A DNA stretch of 32,000 nt, taken from assembly GCF_000145295.1 (NCBI RefSeq), contig NC_014408.1:720001-752000 (forward strand). Reading direction: 5' to 3'. The position numbers and the translations under genes were made by a program. The stretch comes from Methanothermobacter marburgensis str. Marburg. Its GTDB lineage: Archaea; Methanobacteriota; Methanobacteria; Methanobacteriales; Methanothermobacteraceae. Below, piece after piece: positions 27,138 through 32,000 of the stretch; within the stretch, counting starts at the first letter, position 1; the number at the start of each line of letters is the position of its first letter. The notes beneath the pieces were generated by a model. It made no database searches and was not told the origin of the DNA. It saw only the letters and a program-made list of their open reading frames with translations.

Positions 27138-27533
27138 ATGGATGATGCTGGTGTTTTAAGCATAGACTTCCTCTTCGCAACACTGATAGCTCTCATCATA
27201 ATCGCGGGGATGGTAAGCATGGTGGACAGTGAACTCTCAAGGACACAGGCGGGTGAACTTGGGGAGGCCAGGATGATGGGTGAACGTGTTGTGGGTGCGG
27301 TGAATGCAGCCTACACCAATGGTCCCGGTTATGCTGTTAACCTCACATTAACCTCTGATTTTCCATACACAATTGAGGTGAGGAATGGCAGGGTCACCGT
27401 GTTCTATAAGTCAAGCACCATCAGACTCAACCTTATACCCAAGGTCAACGTGACCACGACCAACATGACTCCAGGATTCACATACACTGTGAGGAACCAG
27501 AACGGCACCATAACCATAACTAAACTCACCTGA
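27138..27533 (+). CDS. Small pilin-like protein with an atypical acidic leader
   Basis: MDDAG|VLSIDFLFATLIALIIIAGMV. 131 aa with 4 sequons. GGGTGA is upstream. Confidence 0.55.
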   Translation: MDDAGVLSIDFLFATLIALIIIAGMVSMVDSELSRTQAGELGEARMMGERVVGAVNAAYTNGPGYAVNLTLTSDFPYTIEVRNGRVTVFYKSSTIRLNLIPKVNVTTTNMTPGFTYTVRNQNGTITITKLT

Positions 27534-27561
27534 GCAATCAAAAAAGTCCGGAGGATCTCTC

Positions 27562-27963
27562 TTGTTCAGTGACCTTAGATGGGAGTATAAGGCCCTTGCA
27601 ATCATTGCCATCATCGCTGTTCTTGTAACGGTGTACTCATACAGCTCATTCAATCAGGGGGAGAGGGTGAGGCTCTCTGATTCAACACAAATCCAACCCC
27701 AGCCACAGCCTGTACCTGTGAGCGTACCCAACATGACAGATAACAGAACAAACACAACTGAGAATGTTACGGCCGAGGAGGCCAGGCAGATAGCCGCAGA
27801 GTCCGGTTACACAGCAGGACAGCCCACAAGGGGCTCAATAAACCTGAACGGCACCAATGTGGAGGTATGGATTGTCCCCCTCCAGAGGAGTGGAAGGACA
27901 GTTAAGGAGGTCTATGTGAGTATGGAGGGCGGACAGATTGTGGGAAGCAGGGAATTCACCTGA
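27562..27963 (+). CDS. N-terminally anchored protein with a PepSY-like C-terminal domain
   Basis: 133 aa. A single helix (ALAIIAIIAVLVTVYSY), a PQPQPVPV linker, a glycosylation-sequon cluster (NMTDNRTNTTENVT), then AEEARQIAAE...VEVWIVPL...VKEVYVSMEGGQIVG, which resembles PepSY. TTG start with GGAGGA 6 nt upstream. Confidence 0.5.
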   Translation: MFSDLRWEYKALAIIAIIAVLVTVYSYSSFNQGERVRLSDSTQIQPQPQPVPVSVPNMTDNRTNTTENVTAEEARQIAAESGYTAGQPTRGSINLNGTNVEVWIVPLQRSGRTVKEVYVSMEGGQIVGSREFT

Positions 27964-28032
27964 TTAAGCAGTTCCGCGGAATCCTTATTTCATCTCTCGG
28001 GGCAGGGAATTCACCTGCAAGCAATAATCACA

Positions 28033-28059
28033 ACATATTTAAGGCCAGCTGAGATATTA
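28033..28059 (+). promoter_or_regulatory. TATA-like catattta followed by the 14-mer CAGCTGAGATATTA (second copy)
   Basis: The exact 14-mer is shared with 21173-21186. It lies 39-48 nt upstream of the next CDS. Confidence 0.35.
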
Positions 28060-28097
28060 TTGGTAAGTGATTAAAGCGCCCCTCAAAAGGATTCACG

Positions 28098-28901
28098 GTG
28101 AATAAAATGGATGTTCTGAGTGTAATCGTAATGCTGGCCCTATTTTTGCTTCTACTTGCATTCATATTCTCCGCTGGCCTCATGACGCCTGTAATTGGCA
28201 GCAAGAACATTATATTCGTGATATTCATAGGCTTCATTGCAGGGACCATTGGCGGTGCATTCCTTATCTCACCGGTTTACGATGAGATCCCTGAAATTGC
28301 AAGGAGCATATACCTCTCAACATCTGGAGCCACAGAAACCGTAACCGCGGATGTCTCAACAGATACCGATATAGAGAGGCTCAAAGAGGATCTTGCCTCC
28401 CAGGAGGGGGTTGTGGATGTCCACTCTGAGGGGATCGTGATAAAGACAGATAAATTCACAGAGGAACGTAAAAGAATAATAGAGGATAAAATAGCGGTTA
28501 TAGACTCCAATATAACCTCATGGAATGTTTACACGAATGGCACCATAATCCTGCAGGTTAAAAGGGGATACAACCCTGTGAATGCCCTTGAGAACCTTGC
28601 GAAGTGGCTCATGTACACCGGAGGTATAAACACAAGGTACAGCACGGTTAAGCTGGTGGTGGAGGTGAAGCCAGCAAATGTCGATGCAGTCGTCTCCTAC
28701 CTTGAGGCGAGGGACATCGTTGTAACAGGTGTCAGGGGCCCTTCAGAGGATAAGGTGGCTGAACTCAGGAGGTTTTTACCGGCTAAATCCAATATAGTAC
28801 TCTTCTGTGGTGTTCTTGGAGTGATAACGGGTCTTGCAGGTGTTTTCATAGATTCCATCATGGGTTCTTTCAGGAAGATTTACAGGAAGTACAGGGGGTG
28901 A
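28098..28901 (+). CDS. Membrane protein of unknown function (two N-terminal helices, ~170-aa soluble region, C-terminal helix)
   Basis: 267 aa. The start is GTG 28098 or ATG 28107. Its stop lies 3 nt before the next start, so it is probably co-transcribed with the Dph6-like gene. Confidence 0.55.
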   Translation: MNKMDVLSVIVMLALFLLLLAFIFSAGLMTPVIGSKNIIFVIFIGFIAGTIGGAFLISPVYDEIPEIARSIYLSTSGATETVTADVSTDTDIERLKEDLASQEGVVDVHSEGIVIKTDKFTEERKRIIEDKIAVIDSNITSWNVYTNGTIILQVKRGYNPVNALENLAKWLMYTGGINTRYSTVKLVVEVKPANVDAVVSYLEARDIVVTGVRGPSEDKVAELRRFLPAKSNIVLFCGVLGVITGLAGVFIDSIMGSFRKIYRKYRG

Positions 28902-28904
28902 AGC

Positions 28905-29585
28905 ATGAGGTCCGCGGTTCTATATTCAGGGGGTAAGGACAGTACAATGGCCCTCTACCATGCACTCCAGGAGTCGGAGGTTCGATTTCTTGTTTCAATG
29001 GTATCAGATAACCCCGAGTCCCACATGTACCATGTGCCAAACATCCAACTCACATCCCTCCTTGCAGAGGCCCTTGGAATACCCCTCATTGAATCCAGGA
29101 CTGAGGGTGTTGAGGAGGAGGAGGTTGAGGACCTTGCAGAGACTCTTTCCATGCTGAAGGAGAGGGGTGTGGATGCTGTTTACTCAGGGGCACTTTACTC
29201 TGAGTATCAGAGGTCAAGGATAGATGAGGTCTGCAGGGGCCTTGGCCTTAAGTCCGTGGCACCCCTCTGGCACAGGGACCCGCTGGATTATATGGAGGAG
29301 GTGGTTGACCTTGGATTCAGGGTCATGGTAACAGCGGTTGCAGCTGAGGGCCTGGATGAGTCATGGCTTGGGAGGATTGTTGACAGGAGGATGATCTCTG
29401 AACTCGCTGATCTCAGTGAGAGGTATGGTATAAACCCCGCCTTTGAAGGTGGTGAGGCTGAGACCCTTGTCCTTGATGGTCCCATATTTAAGAAGAGACT
29501 TGAGATAATTGAATATGAAAAGAAGTGGTTCTTTGATAATGGATTCATGGATATAAAGAGGGCTGTGCTTGTTGATAAGGATTAG
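28905..29585 (+). CDS. MJ0570-family ATP pyrophosphatase (diphthine-ammonia ligase, Dph6-like)
   Basis: N-terminal PP-loop AVLYSGGKDST; ~226 aa; EGGEAETLVLDGP motif near the C-terminus, typical of this family. Confidence 0.75.
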   Translation: MRSAVLYSGGKDSTMALYHALQESEVRFLVSMVSDNPESHMYHVPNIQLTSLLAEALGIPLIESRTEGVEEEEVEDLAETLSMLKERGVDAVYSGALYSEYQRSRIDEVCRGLGLKSVAPLWHRDPLDYMEEVVDLGFRVMVTAVAAEGLDESWLGRIVDRRMISELADLSERYGINPAFEGGEAETLVLDGPIFKKRLEIIEYEKKWFFDNGFMDIKRAVLVDKD

Positions 29586-29633
29586 TTTTATTTTTTGTTA
29601 GTTTATCTGGAGTGCTTGTTGATAGGATTGCTT

Positions 29634-30044
29634 TTATTTTTCATCCATACTTCCCTCCATCTCCCCGGATACATCAGGTGCAAGCCAGTCAATGATCCCC
29701 ATTATATCATCTGATTCAATCTCCACCATTATATCCCCAAGGGGGGTGATGGGCTCCTCGAGAACATTGACACGTCCTATGAGTGCCGCCTGCTTGTTTA
29801 TATAAATTCGGGTCAATTTGCCCCTCATGTTCTTAATTAGGATTCCCCGGGCGGTTAACCGTATCCTCCGCCTTTCAAGGGCCTCCCTGAGTTCACTGAG
29901 ACTCTCAGTATTGCCTTCACCCTTCAGGAAATCTCCATAACCTTCAATTTCAAGGTCTGGAAATACGTTCATAACGGCCTCCCTGACCTTTTCAGGGTCC
30001 TCTGTTGCTCGCACCGGAACCTCAACCCTCACAGTATCCATCAT
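29634..30044 (-). CDS. UPF0201-family protein (predicted RNA-binding, COG1931-like)
   Basis: MMDTVRVEVPVRATEDPEKV... matches the UPF0201 archaeal family as I recall it. ATG 30044 gives an ATGA overlap with the upstream stop; the track start is 30059. Confidence 0.55.
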   Translation of the reverse strand: MMDTVRVEVPVRATEDPEKVREAVMNVFPDLEIEGYGDFLKGEGNTESLSELREALERRRIRLTARGILIKNMRGKLTRIYINKQAALIGRVNVLEEPITPLGDIMVEIESDDIMGIIDWLAPDVSGEMEGSMDEK

Positions 30045-30577
30045 CTTCCCTCCTCGCATAGTTTCCTCAGTATCTTTTTCGCCTGCTTCTTTATCTTCCA
30101 GATGGGGCCCTCATTGACTATCATGTAATCTGAGGTTGCTATTACATTCCCTATTCCGAATCCAAGTTCCCTTTCATCCCTTTCAATGAATTCACTGTAA
30201 CTTGATGAATCATCCTCTCTTCTGCGCTTTTTGAGGCGTTTGAATCTTGTCTTTCGCGTTGAGAATACAGATATCACCCTGAATCCAGGGAAGTTCTCCC
30301 TGAATATCTCGACCTCGTGGGGGCTCCTTATTCCCTCTATGAGGAACCTCTCAGATTTTGCCTTCTGTATCCTTTCAACACACTTCTCGGCAACAACGTA
30401 TTCGCCGTATTCCTCTCTGAGGCGGACAGCCGTTACACCTGGTTCCTCACCGCGTTTTCTGGCTTCATCCCTTATAACGTCACCCATCCTTATAACCTGA
30501 AATCCCATGGACTCGGCGACCCTTGATACGACACCCTTACCTGCTCCTGGCATCCCTGAAACTCCAATAACCACCAT
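30041..30577 (-). CDS. UPF0200-family P-loop nucleotide kinase (adenylate/dephospho-CoA-kinase-like fold)
   Basis: Walker A motif GVSGMPGAGKG at the N-terminus; 178 aa. It shows the conserved archaeal pairing with UPF0201. Confidence 0.65.
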   Translation of the reverse strand: MVVIGVSGMPGAGKGVVSRVAESMGFQVIRMGDVIRDEARKRGEEPGVTAVRLREEYGEYVVAEKCVERIQKAKSERFLIEGIRSPHEVEIFRENFPGFRVISVFSTRKTRFKRLKKRRREDDSSSYSEFIERDERELGFGIGNVIATSDYMIVNEGPIWKIKKQAKKILRKLCEEGR

Positions 30578-30593
30578 ACTTACACACTCTGAT

Positions 30594-31355
30594 TTATTCT
30601 TGTGAAGACTCGATCTCTGGATTGTAACGCCTTATATCAAGCAATTTTATGGTTTCCCTCAGGTTTTCTGTGTTGTCAAATTTCCTGAGGATCCCCTCAA
30701 GTTCCTCCCTTGGGGCATCCCTGAGTTCCCTTACAGTATCTATCAGGGCAGGCACAGCCCTTACAATGTTATCTGTTATACTTATACTGGCCATTCTCGA
30801 TGTACGCGAGAGGGGGTTGAGGTCCACCGTTATGACGGTTTTCCCGGATTTTCTCAGTATCTCGGTCCTATCACCATCTTCGAGGGGTACAAGGACTGTA
30901 TCGGCGCTGTATATACCATCAGGACTTGCTGTTGCCCTTGGGCTCATTATACCATCTATGTGCATGAGTTTACCTGTTCCAAGGACCTCTGATGCCCCAT
31001 GTTCCCTCAGAACCTCCTCGATGAGTTTCACCCTTTTCTCTGTCCTGTGGAAAAGGTTTATCTCGATTTTTCCTCCAATCTCCCCTGCAAGTTCCACAAC
31101 CTCTGCAGGGACAAGGGCTGCAGTGTTCCCGTTAACTGAAATTACAGGGTTCTCTGCAAGGATAAGAGCTGCTGCCGCCGCTTTTATGGCCTTTCTGGCA
31201 GGTTCTGTTGTCTCTTCACCCAGCAGGTAGTCAAAGGCTTCACCCCTTCCATGGGCGATCATCCCTGAGTCTGCAAGTATGCCCTTTCGCCAGGCATCTG
31301 TTATTTTTTCTCTCTGCATAAGTGAATGGTAGCGTGGATGGTCCCTTGAAATCAT
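30594..31355 (-). CDS. Archaeal 4-phosphopantoate--beta-alanine ligase (phosphopantothenate synthetase)
   Basis: HPRYHSL...GMIAHGRGEAFDYLLGE...PVISVNGNTAAL...IEINLFHRT...VLVPLEDGDR...ITVDLNPLSRT. This string of motifs matches the archaeal PPS (COG1701) family as I recall it. Confidence 0.75.
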   Translation of the reverse strand: MISRDHPRYHSLMQREKITDAWRKGILADSGMIAHGRGEAFDYLLGEETTEPARKAIKAAAAALILAENPVISVNGNTAALVPAEVVELAGEIGGKIEINLFHRTEKRVKLIEEVLREHGASEVLGTGKLMHIDGIMSPRATASPDGIYSADTVLVPLEDGDRTEILRKSGKTVITVDLNPLSRTSRMASISITDNIVRAVPALIDTVRELRDAPREELEGILRKFDNTENLRETIKLLDIRRYNPEIESSQE

Positions 31356-31464
31356 GGTACTCTATTGTACCGGACATTTAATAAGTTTATTTCATGTAGT
31401 TAAGTGGGTGTCAGCCAAATATTTTATACCAGCTTGAAGATAGAATTAGGAGGAGGAATCCATA

Positions 31465-31680
31465 ATGGAAGAGGAAGTTGAGATCAAACGAAAACCCAGA
31501 AAGCCAGAGTATGGGAAAAGCCTCTGGGGGATCTACCTTGGGTCAATCCTGGTGATAATAGGTGTTATATGGTTTGCCTTTGCATCAGGCCTTATACCAC
31601 CCCAGTACTCAAGGTTCTGGCCCCAGGCCCTGCTGGTTATTATCGGGGTTCTTATAATCATAAAATCCATCAGGAACTGA
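31465..31680 (+). CDS. Small two-helix membrane protein (71 aa)
   Basis: Charged N-terminus, then two hydrophobic segments. AGGAGGAGG RBS upstream. Confidence 0.5.
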   Translation: MEEEVEIKRKPRKPEYGKSLWGIYLGSILVIIGVIWFAFASGLIPPQYSRFWPQALLVIIGVLIIIKSIRN

Positions 31681-31691
31681 GCGGTGATTGT

Positions 31692-32000
31692 ATGAAGGAA
31701 CTCATGAAGCGTCTCTCACTTGCCAGCGGAGTCTCTGGATTTGAGGGAGAGGTAAGGGATATCATAGCATCTGAACTTGAAGGTCATGTTGATAAGATAG
31801 AGGAGGACAGGCTTGGTAACATCATCGCAACCAGGAGTGGGTCCGGTCCATCGGTCATGCTTGCAGCCCACATGGATGAAATAGGCCTCATGGTGAGGCA
31901 CATTGATAAGAAGGGCTTCATAAGGTTTTCAAAGATCGGGGGAATCAGTGACCAGATGATACTCAACCAGGCTGTCTGGATCCACGGGGAGAATGGCCCT
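31692..32000 (+). CDS. M42-family aminopeptidase (FrvX/TET-like), 5-prime part, truncated by the window end
   Basis: My own translation from ATG 31692: [68 protein letters not shown]... The frame is open to the window edge, and SGxE...MDEIG is characteristic of M42 peptidases. Confidence 0.75.
   Translation, partial: MKELMKRLSLASGVSGFEGEVRDIIASELEGHVDKIEEDRLGNIIATRSGSGPSVMLAAHMDEIGLMVRHIDKKGFIRFSKIGGISDQMILNQAVWIHGENGP

Noticed and set aside
30649-31230. 193-aa plus-strand ORF
   Set aside because: It is antisense to the phosphopantothenate synthetase gene, whose motif content is unambiguous. The translation is Ser-rich low complexity.
1-32000. Scan for CRISPR arrays, tRNA/rRNA genes, integrases and transposases
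   Set aside because: I saw no regularly spaced short repeats, no tRNA-like acceptor or anticodon architecture in the intergenic gaps, and no ORF with integrase or transposase motifs.

Overview
The window looks like a chromosomal segment of a pseudomurein-containing hydrogenotrophic methanogen (Methanobacteriales, most like Methanothermobacter). This is inferred from gene content and order, not from any search.

Layout:
- 1-6842: the distal end of the energy-converting [NiFe] hydrogenase A (eha) operon. It holds the small subunit, large subunit, 6-cluster and 10-cluster polyferredoxins, a HAD-like protein, an Ftr paralog and a PfkB kinase.
- 6.9-8.3 kb: a 6-cluster polyferredoxin overlapping a CBS-pair gene.
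- 8.4-10.3 kb: a P1B-2 (Zn/Cd/Pb-type) ATPase preceded by a striking repeat/palindrome operator candidate.
- 10.3-12.1 kb (minus strand): a secreted protein with pseudomurein-binding-type repeats and a transglutaminase-fold Cys-His-Asp core. It contains a 2 x 435 bp near-identical tandem duplication.
- 12.6-19.2 kb: housekeeping genes (PNPOx-like flavoprotein, AsnB-like amidotransferase, GatC-like, ACT protein, homoserine dehydrogenase, ApgM, PyrG).
- 20.0-28.9 kb: the most interesting part, a compact archaeal type-IV-pilus-like locus. It has an A24 prepilin peptidase, two canonical RGQ-type class III signal-peptide pilins, four consecutive pilin-like genes with atypical acidic leaders (one of 690 aa), a PepSY-like anchored protein and two unknown membrane proteins. 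No assembly ATPase or platform gene is present in the window.
- 28.9-32.0 kb: Dph6-like ATP pyrophosphatase, a UPF0201/UPF0200 pair, archaeal phosphopantothenate synthetase, a small membrane protein and a truncated M42 aminopeptidase.

I saw no rRNA, tRNA, CRISPR array or recognisable transposase.
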